DNA of 63,865 nucleotides, filler included, from Reclinomonas americana ATCC 50394 (taxonomy: Eukaryota): assembly GCA_048213135.1 (NCBI GenBank). It is 9 parts of 4 records of this genome, joined end to end, with 100 filler letters (N's around TTAATTAATTAA, not from the genome) between each part and the next. Parts side by side here need not be neighbours in the genome. Positions count along the whole stretch, not along the records: positions 40,494 to 50,472 come from PS015453.1; positions 50,573 to 52,864 come from PS015456.1; positions 52,965 to 62,322 come from PS015456.1; 6 more parts are not named here. One strand, written 5' to 3'. Position 1 is the first letter of the stretch. Every line of letters begins with the position of its first letter. The notes under the pieces were generated by a model. That model worked only from the letters and a program-made list of their open reading frames with translations. It did not search any database and was not told the origin of the DNA. Shown piece by piece: positions 40,495 to 53,500 of the stretch. The translations under genes and the position numbers were made by a program.

Positions 40495-42063
40495 CTGTCG
40501 AGTGTGTCAGTGAGTGGCAACTCCGATGCCAACTGGCGGTCACTCTCTGTGGACACACTTCTGCGCACGGAGCTGGCCGCACGCAAACAGTGGGACGAGT
40601 CGCGTCTTGCACCCATTGTTGCCGCCCTCCGCGCCGAAGTTGAGTGTGTGTGTGGCGACACACAGAGAGGAGCTCCACTCGCAAGTGCTGACTGTGCGTG
40701 AGAGAGCAGTTCATCACACAAGCAGGGCATTTGGTCGACAATGCAGATGTGGTCGATCGTGTGTTGATGGAGCAGTGGCCTGTGGTGCGTCGCGCTCTGC
40801 AGCGCTACGTGCAGGAGAAAGGGTGGACGAGTGCATTCGCTCCGCCCGTGGTGCCTGTCAACTCGGTGCGACAGACNNNNNNNNNNNNNNNNNNNNGCGC
40901 ACGCAGTGGCATCGTGCGCTCGACATGTTTGGGGTGAGTGAGTGTGTGTGCGCGAGAGACGCAGAGTGTGATGCGCGTGGCCACTGATGTGTGGGAGTCG
41001 TGCGTAGCGCCCAGCACTGCACCTGCGCATGAGCGCCACCAAGCCGTCGTTCATTCTTGCTGTGCCGCCCACTGGCAAGTTCAGCAAGGTGCGAGTAATG
41101 CATCTCCTCGCTCCTGTGCTGTTGACCCGTTGTTGCTCAACGGCAGGGATGGTGCAGTGGATTACGCGCAGTGGCATGTGGGATCCGGAGACTTCGGCTG
41201 TGGCGCACACGATCTTCAGCAAGGGCTGCAGCAAGCGTTTGCCCAACGGCAAGGCACCCCTCGTGGTCGATGTGGGAGTTTCGTGCTTGCAGCTGACCAG
41301 CTTTCGTTGTGTGCTTGTCACTCACCGCGGCCATTCTCTCTACGTGTGCATTGTGCAGCCGTTTGCCGGCTTCACGGCACTGATGGCGGCCTCGCACGGT
41401 TGCCGTGTGTTGGTGTTCGAGCCGAGTGCGAAGCAGGCACTGCTGGTGCGCATCAATGCTGACCTCAATGACTTGAGCGAGCTGATCGAGGTGCACAACA
41501 ACCTGCCGTACATGAACACCGGAACCTCCATCAAATACGAGACTCCCGTTGCGTCTCTCTCTCTCTTTCTTGTTCTTGCGCTGATGTGTTGGCGCTCACG
41601 TCCTTGGCGCCGTGAAGGACGACTTGAACTTCTTTGGCGACGACTGGCTGCCTCAGCCGGGCCACACACGCTCAGTGGCCATTCACGAGTACGTGGACGA
41701 GGATGTGCTGTTGGTGCGATTGCACGCTGCGGGATTCGCCACAACTGCTCTGCAGGGCGTGCTGCCGCTGCTGGAGAGGCGGCGAGTGGAGAATTTCATC
41801 ATGTTCTCGGCGCTGGTTCGTGTGGTGGTGGCAAGAGGGTGAAAACGCGGGGGGAGAGAGGGACTCACGCTTGTCGCTCGCCACAGGATGCGGTGCCGGA
41901 GGCTCTGTCGCTGCTGCGAGAGGCGTACGCGGCGCAGGGCCAGTACGACAGCATGCGATGGAATCCGTCGACGACGGGTGGTGAGCTGCGCTCAATCTCT
42001 TCTGATCCGTGCGATCCAGCCTACGGAGTTGCGTACGTTGTGTATGAGGTGCTGCGGCGATAG
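40495..42063 (+). CDS. FkbM-family SAM-dependent methyltransferase, 5' incomplete
   Basis: SGMWDPETS..., VVDVG|PFAGFTALMAASHGCRVLVFEP, ..VRINADLN. Multi-exon. Confidence 0.7.
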
Positions 42064-42490
42064 CAGTGTCATGCTGAAGGAGTTGTTCTCGTGGCCCAGT
42101 TTTACGAGACCAAGGCTGGCTCCACACCAATATCAGCACAAGAAACGTCGCTGTTCACGCTGGATACGGAGATGGTAGAGCAATGGCGTCGGTGTCGCGC
42201 GGCGCACGTGGCCAAGGCTGCGGCATCCGCCACGAACGCGCAGTAAACGCAGAANNNNNNNNNNNNNNNNNNNNNNNNNNNNNNNNNNNNNNNNNNNNNN
42301 NNNNNNNNNNNNNNNNNNNNNNNNNNNNNNNNNNNNNNNNNNNNNNNNNNNNNNNNNNNNNNNNNNNNNNNNNNNNNNNNNNNNNNNNNNNNNNNNNNNN
42401 NNNNNNNNNNNNNNNNNNNNNNNNNNNNNNNNNNNNNNNNNNNNNNNNNNNNNNNNNNNNNNNNNNNNNNNNNNNNNNNNNNNNNNNNNN

Positions 42491-45400
42491 GATGGCGATC
42501 GAAGAAGGTCAACAGCGAGTTGCGGGACAAGCTTCCACTTGCAATTCTCAATCACCTTTGCGCGTCGTTGCTGCTGTTCTCGTGCACTCGCCATCGCGCG
42601 AACAGCGCACGCTTCCATCACCTTTGCGAGCGTGCCTGGCCCACGCATCACACCGATCGCAGACGACCGCGTGACACTCTGTGTGCGCGCGCGCTTGCGT
42701 GTATAGAGTACGATGAGCGAGCACGTGCGCGAGGCCCTGGATGCCAGCAGCGACAGTGGCGACGACACGATCCATGTGCTGTGGTGGCGCTCTCATCGAC
42801 TCGCAGCGCGCGCCAACCGCATCATGGCACTGCATGTCAGTTGCGCGCATTCATTCATTCATTCACACAAGAGAGAGAGAGACAGAGAGAAATGCCCAGA
42901 CTCACGCTTGACGCACACAGCACCCGACGACACACGTGCCGACTCACTCAGTGAGAAGCGCGGCGTGGCCAACCTCGCTGTCAGCGTCATGTCGCCACCG
43001 AGTGAAGTTGCATTCAATGATGATCAACAACGCTTTTGGCGCTTGGGCTCTTCCTGACAGCACCATCGCCGCAGAGTTCACTGGACGAGTGTCTGCGCGC
43101 ATGCGAAGCGTACGTGGAGACCAGTGTGACGTGTGGCGCACTGGCGCGCTTGACCTACCGGCGGGCGTGGCTGGAGAGCGAGTTTGAACGACTGATGCGA
43201 TGGCTGGCCTCGTGTGTGCCCACGCGCGGTCACAGCGCCGGCGCAGTGACACTGGAGGATGATGAGTCGTTCCAGATGAGCAAAGAGCGTTGCGTTTGTT
43301 GCACGCTCCACGCACTCCACGTTCCCTGTCTGCAGATTCCCTCCCTCACATCGCCATTGACAGACGATGAAATGGATCGTGTGGAGATGGTGAGGCTGAT
43401 GGCCTCGGCGCGTCTCGAGTTCCCCGCTCTGTCGCCATCGGCGGTGCCATTGTCGTCATCGCCGCTGGCGCCCATGTTCCAGTCGACGGAGACGGTGATT
43501 GGTGCGATTCGACCTTGCCTGCTGAGTGCATGCGATGGCGTGTTGCGGGAGCAGGTTGTCGAGTTTCTGCTCGAGGTGGCGGCCATGGTGAGTCGTGACG
43601 GCATGATGAGCCAGGCGATCGAGGCGGTGTGGGGCGAGTTGCACGAAAGTTGCGCGTGCGACAGCTGCTATCCGTGATTTTCGATATCGCTGACTTGTTA
43701 CTTCTTGCAGAGGTCGATTCGGATCCAGTCGCTGTGCGACGGTCAGCGCGTCTATTGCTGGCCGACGGCGACACCGACACCGCCACCACGCTGTACCGCA
43801 AGGCACTGGAGTTGTTTGATCATAATTTGGGTGGGGCGAATATCGAGACACTGCGCACGGCAGAGGAGCTGGCAGACGACGTGTGGCGCAGATTACGGCG
43901 GTTCGATGAGGTGAGTGGATGGAGGGAGAGAAAGGGGAGAGAAAGAATGGCTGTGTCACTTTCTCCACCATGATGGCAGTGTCTCGCACTGGATACGACG
44001 TCGGCACGCATTCGTCATGTTGCGTGCACTGCCACCCCGTGCTGTGCGCATTGTTCCTCACTGTCGACTCTATGTGTGCCACGCACAGCAACTCTTTGGT
44101 GACATGCATCCGTCGACGCTGAATCGCATGTACCATCTCGGCAACGACCAGTTGAATCTTGGTGCTGCAGAGGACGCTCTCCAGATTCACGGTGCGACTG
44201 CTGCGCGATCCATGCACTCTCTTGTGTGATTCGCGCTCTCTCATCGCGTGTCAAATATCACCTGTCGCAGAGTCGACGCTGCGTGCACGTCGAGAGGTGC
44301 TGGGTCCCAAGCATCGCGACACACTGCGCTCGGTCCACGCAGTGGGCTCTGTGTACATGCGCCTCGACGACTACTCGCAGGCGATATCCTACTTTGAGGA
44401 ATGTGTGCAGGGCCGAATCGAGGTTCTCGGCAGCGATGCAGTCGGTGCGTGGTCGCCCGGCTCCCGTGGGAAAAGTACAGGGGTCTGCTGACACTGTGTA
44501 CACAGAGACGCTCGGTGCCATGTGCAATCTGGCCAATTGTTTGGATATGATGGGTGTGCACGAACGTGCTGCCGATCTGCATCGTCATGTGTGTACAGTT
44601 CGACAGCAAACGCTGGGTGACGATGATCCACTGACTATTGCTGCCATGCACAACCTGGCACTGGCACTCACGCGGGCGTCGCCACACGAGGCCGCTGCGC
44701 TGCATGCCGCCGTGCTGGAGACGTACGACAAGTCGTTTGGCGTCGACAGCGACGAGTATCTGGCCGAGGCCACGTCGCTCGCCAACGTTCTCTCGCTGCT
44801 CAACCGGCACCAGTGCGTGTTCGAGATGGAGTCTTTTCTTTTCTCTCTCCCGCCACGTCCTCAAGCGTGTGCTTGGCGATGCAGGGACGCGTTTGCGTTG
44901 CACACCAAGGTCTACGACTCCATGATTCGTACGCGCGGTGTCGACCATCCGTGGACATGTGGCGCCCTCAACAACCGTGCCCTGGCTCTGGATGCCATGT
45001 CACGCCACGAGGAAGCAGTGGTACTTCATCGCGAGTGTCTCGAACGACGACAGCGACTGTTGGGGCTGGAGGCGCCGGACACGCTTTGGTGGGTATTGTG
45101 TGTGTGTGGCTTCTGAGTTGTCGTCCTGTGTTGACACTTTTGCGGCGCGCAGGTCCATGGCAAACCTGGTTCGCTTGTCGAACTACACGTTCATTCTCTG
45201 TGCACACATGCAATGCTAATCATGGTGGCACGCTGCAGGGTAATTCATTATTTGCACTTGGACGGTATGACGAGGCTGCCGAATTGTACGACGCATGCCT
45301 GTCGGAGCGGAAACGGCAACTTGGCCCGCGACATGAGCACACGTGAGCATACATTTTGCTGTCGTTTTGTTGTTGGAGCACATGTCGGACTGATTCCACT

Positions 45401-46505
45401 TCTTCTCAGGTTGTGGTCCATGAACAACTGTGCTGCTGGTGCGTGTGTGTGCGTGTCCGTGCTCTATTGTTCGATATGTACACTCACATTCTCGGCACGC
45501 AGCAATGTACGCTCAGGGCAAGGTGGGCGAGGCGTTTGTCATGTTTGAGCAGACGTTTGACATTCAAAAGGTGGAGTTGGGACCGGAGCATCCGCACAGT
45601 TGCGTGTCGATCCGCGTGTCGCTGGCGAGGACACCTGCGCACTGACGTCCGCGCGCCCCTGTTTGTAGCCATGGTGTCGGCGCATAATATCGCCAACTGC
45701 CTGAGCAGCATCAACTGCATGGGCGAGGCTGTGGAGCGTCACGAGAAGAACCTACAAATGCGTCGGCGAATTCTGGGATCCGGTACATATGCTAGCTATG
45801 CTTCCTGCCTCTTTGTAGCTCTTATCCCCAGCACTGCGTAGAACATCACGACACGGTGGAGAGTGCCAAGGCGCTGGCCTCGCTGCTGCCGTTCGTGAAC
45901 CGCACCGCCGATGCGCTGGAGCTTGCACAGTTCTGCTTGCTGGCGCAGCGCACATCGCTGGGCGAAGAGCACCCCGAGTATGTGGATACGCTGCACCTGT
46001 TCAACGCGATCAGTGCTGCTGTGTGCGAGTTGTCGGTGCCGTCGCCACCGCAATCGGCGCGCTCGCCACTGTTGAAAGCGAAGCCCCCGATGCCGGAGGT
46101 GCGCGGCCCGCTGCATGCGTCGCCACCGCAGAATGCCACCACGGCAGCGCCGACCAACGGACGGGCTGGAGGTCGGCGTAATTCGTTGCCCTCCAGCGCC
46201 GAGGGCGGCAAGACCCATGCACACCAGCGAGTGACGTCGTCCTCGTCAGAAGACGACGACACGGCACAGCCGGTGCGCGCTGACAGCGCATCGCTGACGG
46301 ATCAGGGACCCAGCACGCCGACGTCGTCGCAGCAGGCGTTGAAAGAGCACCTGCGTGCCAAGATGCTGCAACTGCCGCGACTCAATCGAGGGTCTGTAAG
46401 TTGTCTGGGGGCAGGTCTTTTTGTGATTTTCTTGGTTGACTGACAACGACTCCTCTCGTGCACAGCGCGGCAGCATCGGCGCCCATGCGGATTGTTTTTG
46501 CCTAG
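42491..46505 (+). CDS. TPR-repeat protein (kinesin-light-chain-like 42-aa TPRs), 5' incomplete
   Basis: Repeated LGxxHxxTLxxxxNLA motifs (LGPKHRDTL, LGDDDPLTIAAMHNLA, GVDHPWTCGALNN, LGPRHEHTL, LGPEHPHT). Confidence 0.8.
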
Positions 46506-46666
46506 GATGTTTGTGTGTTTTGCATGTGCCTGTTTGTCTGCTTGTTGTTGTTGTGTGTAGAGCGCGAATCGCCAATGAAGAGAAGAGAAGTTGCTATTAT
46601 GAAACTGCCAGTGGACGGGCGAGAGTTTCACGCAACCAAACCACACACGTGCACTCGCTGGGAGAG

Positions 46667-47860
46667 ATGAGCACTCCCCATGACAACAGCTACGTGCGCC
46701 TGTCCATGTCGGCCGAGGCAGCGGCGGCGAGCAACGTGCCAGTGGTACGCAAGACGTCGTGGCCGCCGCGTGTGCTCTTCATGCACGGGCTGGAGAGCCG
46801 ACCAGGAGGTGGCAAGCATCGACTGCTGACCAACCTGTGCGGAACACAGCGCGTCGTCTGTCGCAGCATGCAGGTGTGTGTCTCTGTGAGTCGATGTGCA
46901 TGCGTCTGCATGCGATGATTTATCTGACTGATGAGCAGTGTTCTGTCAACGCGCGCCTGCTGCGCATTCGGTACTTTGCCATGCTTGGTGGTCTTGTGGC
47001 CTACAACATTGTGTCTATCGGGTGAGACGCACACATCTCGCATTCTCTCGTGTCTGTGTGAGTGATTCACGGATTGATCGCCATCGTCATCATTGCAGCA
47101 TGTTTGCGGGAACCGGAATAATCCGACAAGCGGCTGTGTTGGTGGTCGCTGGTCTACAACTGTTGGCGTCGGCGTTTCTCGGTCGTTGGCTCTTTTGTCG
47201 CGGTGTGCGGGAGGTTCTTGATCGCGCTGCTCGTATCCAAACGGAAGTCATTCGCGAATTCCAGCCTGATGTGGTCGTCGCCTCGTCGTTTGGTGGCGCG
47301 GTCGCTTGCCGCCTGCTGGCCACGGTGCGCGCGAAACGGACGGTGCCACCTCAAGTGTACTTGCTCTCTCACGCCAGTGGTGCGCAGGGTCAATGGCGGG
47401 GACCGACAGTGTTGCTGGCGCCAGCGGGCGAGAAGGCCTTTGGGATTGCCAACTGCAGCGACGACTACTGGATGCCAAAGTCTGTGGCCACGATGACACC
47501 TCACCTGGCGTGTGTCTGCGTTGCTTACATTGGTGTTCCTCGCTCTCTATGTGTGTGTGCGTGCAGGCTTCTGTCCAAGACCGTGGCGGTGCTGATCGTG
47601 CATGGCGAACACGATGCCACGATTCCGATGTCTCATTCCGAGCGATTAGTTGCCAGAGTCACCAGAGCGGGTGCGTGGTGGTGACTGCATGGCAGGCGCT
47701 CACCAAACTGACTGACATTCATGTTTCTGTCTTGTGTGTGGATGTAGGGGCTCGTGCTGCGCGACTGATCAAGGTCAACGACACACACGCTCTGCGCGGA
47801 GTCACCACGGTGGACTCGCTGAGGGAATGGATTCAGTGGGCCATTGACTCGGCATTGTAA
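46667..47860 (+). CDS. Alpha/beta hydrolase with an inserted hydrophobic segment
   Basis: VLFMHGLES, nucleophile motif VVVASSFGGAVA, LIVHGEHDATIP, and catalytic His region DTHAL. Confidence 0.75.
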
Positions 47861-48037
47861 CGCAAGACATCGAGTACATTCTCCACACGGAATAGGGGGC
47901 AAGGACTACAATCAGAAAACCCCACCGCGCAAGAGGTGCACTCTTTCTAGTGATAAACAACAACAGCAACAACAACAACAAGGCAAAATTGGGATCGCAC
48001 AGACTGTGACATGGAGAGGAAAGGTAGGGCGACGCGC

Positions 48038-48817
48038 TTATTCATCGGTCTCCGAGGGCAGCACGCACTCGTACGTCATCTCCAACAGGTACTTGGTGGA
48101 GGGTGACGGGCACTTGGTGACGAACTCCAGGTCCGGTCGGAACTGGCAGTTGGTACGACCGTCACACATGCGCATGACGTCCTCGCGCACGTCGAACGTG
48201 AGGCAGCGAGCCTGAGCAATCGGGCGCGTCAGGTGGCTCTTGTTGTACTTGTCCTGCTGGCCAGTGAGGAAGTTGAGCGGATGCTTGGTCAGCAGCTTGT
48301 TGTTGAGCGGCTGGTTCTTGGGCGGCGAGGTGGTGTACTCGGTGCGGTGGAGGCGGTCGAGCAGCGGTGCGGAGCGACCGGTCTGCGGCACCGTGGCGTG
48401 GAGCCAGTTGACGTCGCGCTGGAACGCCGACACCTTGTGGTTGTTGAAGACGGGCGACGCCGGCACAGCGAGGTTGTCGCTGCACTCGAGGTTCTGCGCC
48501 GGGCGGTACGAGGCCTGCTTGACTTGCAGCACCAGCTTGCCATTGCACGACGGCACCACCTGCTGGCTCATGCACTTGCTGACGCTCAGCGTGCGCGTCG
48601 ATTTCTGCGTCCGGCGCTCCGGGTGCAACCGGAGGTTCTCCACGCGGTTGTGGAACGTCTCGAGCAGCTTGTTCTGGCGCTTCTCCGTCGCCTGTCGCGT
48701 CGTCGACGCCACCAAATGTCGGTACGCCGGATTAACCGTCGGATGTTGATTCTTGGGCTCGGCGGCGACCGTCACCGCCAGCAGCACTACCATCGCCATC
48801 GCCACCATCGCCACCAT
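48038..48817 (-). CDS. Secreted SUEL/rhamnose-binding (Gal_Lectin)-type lectin protein, intronless
   Basis: Signal peptide MVAMVAMAMVVLLAVTVAA. Cys pattern C...SC....LQVKQASY...C / C..DV...MRMCDGRTNC......CPSPSTKYLLEMTYEC. Confidence 0.65.
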   Translation of the reverse strand: MVAMVAMAMVVLLAVTVAAEPKNQHPTVNPAYRHLVASTTRQATEKRQNKLLETFHNRVENLRLHPERRTQKSTRTLSVSKCMSQQVVPSCNGKLVLQVKQASYRPAQNLECSDNLAVPASPVFNNHKVSAFQRDVNWLHATVPQTGRSAPLLDRLHRTEYTTSPPKNQPLNNKLLTKHPLNFLTGQQDKYNKSHLTRPIAQARCLTFDVREDVMRMCDGRTNCQFRPDLEFVTKCPSPSTKYLLEMTYECVLPSETDE

Positions 48818-49254
48818 TAGCGATACTCGTGGGCTGAGGAGGGGAAGGCGAGAGGAGCTGCGAGTGAGCGGAACCTCGGACAACCCGTCGTCCCAAGTAC
48901 GGGGGGAAGCATGCCAACAACAACAAGACAGCAGCACGCACCTCATCGTCAATCTCGAAATCCGACGGGTGTGGGAGAGGGAAGACGCCACAAAGAAGAA
49001 AAGACAAGCGCGAAAAAAACGACACAAAACGATGAGGGTGCCGGTCTCTGCGCGACAAGAGAACTTTTCGATGATGTACGGCGGTGATTAGTGTAAATGC
49101 AACAAACCGTAAGATGTCACTGCGGCACACCATCATCCGACCAAAAAATCATCATTGTAGGTAAATGAGCTCGCCACGCACCGGTCTCGCCGCCTCCTTT
49201 GCCGCCGCCTCTCTGTCCTCCTCCTCAGCAGGAGCAGCAGGGAACCCCGTGGCC

Positions 49255-49820
49255 ATGTCATCTTCTCCTTCGTCATCATCGTCGGCGTTTTCGGTGCTGT
49301 GCACGGGGCACACGCGGCCGATTATGAACTTTGCGTACTCGCCACTGGTGGAGGGAAGCTTCTGGATGGTGTCGGCATCGCTGGATGGCTTGCCGATGCT
49401 GAGGAATGGAGAGAGTGGAGTTGCGGACAACGTTGCATGCACATGCATCCTGTGTGTGCGTGCATGCGAGAGAGCGTTGCATGCACACACTGCGTCATAG
49501 TGCGCGTCTCTGCACGTGAAGGAGAGAGAGAGAGAATAGGAGAGCGCGCAGAGTGAGGCGTGCAAGACGCGACGAGGAAAAATGTCCACTTGTGCACACA
49601 CGCACTCTCTCTGTGCCTCACACGCGCGTGTGTGCAGGACTGGGTGGGCACCTTCGAGGGACACAAGGGCGCCGTGTGGGATGCGGCCATCAACCGACAG
49701 GCGCTGCTGGTGGCGACGGCCAGTGCCGACTACACGGCACGCGTGTGGGACGCCCTTGGTGGCACGGAGAAGGAGAGCTTTGAGCACGAGCATGTGGTCA
49801 AGGCCGTGGGCTTTTCTCAT
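49255..49820 (+). CDS. STRAP: STRAP/UNRIP WD40 protein, exons 1-2
   Basis: LCTGHTRPI..., SASLDGLPMLRNGESG|DWVGTFEGHKGAVW, ATASADYTARVWDA, FEHEHVVKAVGFS. Confidence 0.9.
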
Positions 49821-50069
49821 GTTGCGCACGCAGAGTGGTTGNNNNNNNNNNNNNNNNNNNNNNNNNNNNNNNNNNNNNNNNNNNNNNNNNNNNNNNNNNN
49901 NNNNNNNNNNNNNNNNNNNNNNNNNNNNNNNNNNNNNNNNNNNNNNNNNNNNNNNNNNNNNNNNNNNNNNNNNNNNNNNNNNNNNNNNNNNNNNNNNNNN
50001 NNNNNNNNNNNNNNNNNNNNNNNNNNNNNNNNNNNNNNNNNNNNNNNNNNNNNNNNNNNNNNNNNNNNN

Positions 50070-50413
50070 TCGTCACTACTCCCAATGACAACACGACGCA
50101 ACGTGGATGCATCGAGGAAGCGTACACGGCGACCGGCGACCGTGACCAGCACGTCGTCGACCAGCTCCACACTGGTGATGGGTCCGTCGGCGGTGTGGTC
50201 GACAGTGCGCACCACGCGCCCTGTTCTTGTGTCCCACCCGCGCAGCACGGCATCCTGCCCGCCCGACACCAACGCATTCGCCGCCGGCTCCAGGAACAGC
50301 GCCTTCTCAATCGACTTGGTGTGCCCGTCAAAGCGCGTCACCTCCTCCGCCGACTCCAAGTCAAACACGCGCACGTGGCAGTCGCGGGCGCCCGTCACAA
50401 GCCTTGTTGAATC
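50070..50413 (-). CDS. STRAP: STRAP next exon, on the opposite strand across an N gap
   Basis: DSTRLVTGARDCHVRVFDL...GHTKSIEKALF...VLRGWDTRTG...ITSVEL continues the STRAP WD40 series. Confidence 0.8.
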
Positions 50414-50572
50414 CTGCACATGCATGCATGAAATGATGAGTTGAAGATGGAAAATCATCATGGCCTTTGTCGNNNNNNNNNNNNNNNNNNNNNNNNNNNN
50501 NNNNNNNNNNNNNNNNTTAATTAATTAANNNNNNNNNNNNNNNNNNNNNNNNNNNNNNNNNNNNNNNNNNNN

Positions 50573-53500
50573 GTCCTGCTGCTGTCCGGGCGCGGAATAC
50601 GGCACAGCGACATGCTCAGCCGCTGTAGCAGTGGTCGTTACCGCTGTGGCAGTTGTCCCACCCACGGAAGCTGTTGATGCACCGGCAACTGGTTGAGAAG
50701 GCGGAGGAGTGTGTGCGACCGCAGCCGCACTCGCCAAATCGGCGACATCTTGCGCGTCGACATCAGTCCGCGAGTGAAGCGGCATTGCCGATTCCACCGC
50801 CGTCGTGCTGCCAGCTGCAACGCGCGCGTTTCCAATCGTCACCGGGTGAGCAGTTGCCGACGCAGGCGGAACAGTTGACGCAGTTGCTGATCCGATGGCA
50901 AAGTGAGAATCACTGCCAGTCACAGCATGTGACACTGCAGTCACAGTCGAAGTTGTCTTGGAGGCATCGCTTGCTTGTGAGGGCGCGGTAGCAGGCAACC
51001 CAGAGCCCATCGCACCTCCATCACTCACAGAGTGCACAGTCACGGCAGCGGTCGATGATGCAGCAGTCGCAGCAGGCCGCACTGAGCCAGTTCCAGAACG
51101 GGAAGCCACCGTAGTAGCTGACGGAGCGGTGACATGCGTCACATCGACGGAGACGTGGTCGTCGTCACTGCCAGCTGCTGGAGGGGCGATATGCACCCCG
51201 TCGACGACCGTCGATCGTGACGCGGTAGTCGTAGTAGTCAACACGGAGCCAGTCACAGAATGGGAAGCCACTGCAGCGGATGACGGAGCGGTGGTGGTGT
51301 GCGTCACACCGGGAGAGTCGCGAACGTCGTCAGCAGCTGAATGTAGCACCGCAGAGTGAGCGACGTGCACTTGTTCATCTCGCAGGGAGTGAGACGCGGC
51401 TGCTGACGACATCGCGGAATGTGCCACATCGGTGGAGACGTCACCAGCTGCTGAAGAAGCGACATGCGACATGTTGCCATCCAGAGAATGAGAGGCCGCA
51501 GTTGCAACAGGCAGCGCCGACCGAATGGCTGCGGCCGGTGGCACGGTGGTGTGCGTCACACCGGCAACGGCACGTACGTCACCAGGAGCATGCAGAGTTG
51601 CTGAGGGATCAACGTGCATCTCGTTGCCACTCACGGAATGGGACACGGCAGTTGCAGTAGACAGCACAGAGCCAGTCACGGAATGGGAAGCCACCGCATT
51701 GGATGACGGAGTGGTGGTGTGCGTCACACCGGCACTGGCATGCACGTCATCAACAGCCGCAGAGGAAGTGACGTGGTGAGACGCAGCAGTCGCAGCAGTC
51801 AACACAGAGCCAGTCGCAGAGCGGGAAGATACTGCAGCGGAATGTGGCACACCGGCGGAGGCATGGATGTTGTCACCGGCAGCAGCAGGAGGAGCGACAT
51901 GCACCCCGTCGACAACCGTCGATCGTGACCCAGCAATCGTAGCAGTCAACACAGAGCTGGTTGCAGAGTGGGAAGGCACTGCACCGGATGATGGAGTGGT
52001 GGTATGCGTCGCGCTGGCGGCGACGAAAATATCGCTGCCAACCGCATGTACCGCAGAGGCAGCCACACGCGTCTCGCCGCCATTCGGTGGGCGAGACGCC
52101 GCAGTGGTTGCTGCGAGCTGCGCAGACCGACTGGTTGCTGCCGGTGGCACGGCGGTATGCGTCACACCAGCACTGGCATGCACGTCAGCAACAGCCGCGG
52201 AGGAAGCGACGTGGTGAGACGCAGCAGTAGCGCCGGGCAGCACAGAGCCAGTCGCAGAGCGGGAAGATACTGCAGCGGACTGTGGCACACCGGCGGAGGC
52301 ATGGATGTTGTCACCGGCAGCAGCAAGAGGAGCGACATGCACCCCGTCGACAACCACTGATCGTGACGCGTCAGTCGTAGCGGTCAACACAGAGCTGGTT
52401 GCAGAGTGGGAAGGCACTACAGCTGACGGAGCGGTAGTATGCGTCGCGTTGGCGGCGACGAAAATTTCGCTGCCAACCGCATGTACCGCAGAGGCATCCA
52501 CACGCGTCTCGCCGCCATTCGGTGGGAGAGAAGCCGCAGTGGTTGCTGCGGGCTGCGCAGACCGAATGGTTGCGGCCGGTGGCACGGTGGTATGCGTCAC
52601 ATCGGCACTGGCATGCACGTCAGCAACAGCCGCGGAGGAAGCGACGTGGTGAGACGCAGTAGTCCCAGCAGTCAACACAGAGCCAGTCACAGAATGGAAA
52701 GATGGTGCAGCGGAATGTGGCACATCGGCGGAGGCATTGATGTCGTCACCACCAGCTGCTGAAGGAGCGACATGCGACATGTTGCCATCCAGAGACTGAG
52801 AGGCCGCAGTTGCAACAGGCAGCGTCGACCGAATGGCTGCGGTCGGTGGCACGGTGGTATGCGTNNNNNNNNNNNNNNNNNNNNNNNNNNNNNNNNNNNN
52901 NNNNNNNNTTAATTAATTAANNNNNNNNNNNNNNNNNNNNNNNNNNNNNNNNNNNNNNNNNNNNACATGCACCGCAGAAGAAGCGACGTGGTGAGACGCA
53001 GAAGCAGTAGCGCCGGGCAGCGCAGAACCAGACACAGAATGGGAGGCAACCACAGCAGATGACGGCGCCGCATTGGCGGAGATGTGAACGTCATCAACAG
53101 CCGCGACGTGCGCCACGTCATCACTTGCCACATGAGACACCGCAGTTGCAACAGGCAACGCAGAGTCGCTTGCAAGTCCAGCAACGAGAAGAGAGTCACG
53201 TCCATTCACGGAGTGCGGCGGCACGACAGCAACACTGTCTGCACTGGCGGCCGAGTGCATCGTAGCCAGCGGCGCATACCCAACGGATGATGCAGAGCCA
53301 TCCGCCGGCAGCGACGGAGGCCGTGCGAGTTCACCAGTGTGGCGGTCTCCTCCAGGCACAACCGCAACCGTCGGTGCACGCGGATGAGCATCGCCAATAT
53401 CTCCTGCCAGTGCCGAAGGCACGCCATCCACATTACGTTCGACAGCACTGCATGTGCGATGTGGAGCACAGATCAGTAACGTACTACGCGATAAAAACAA

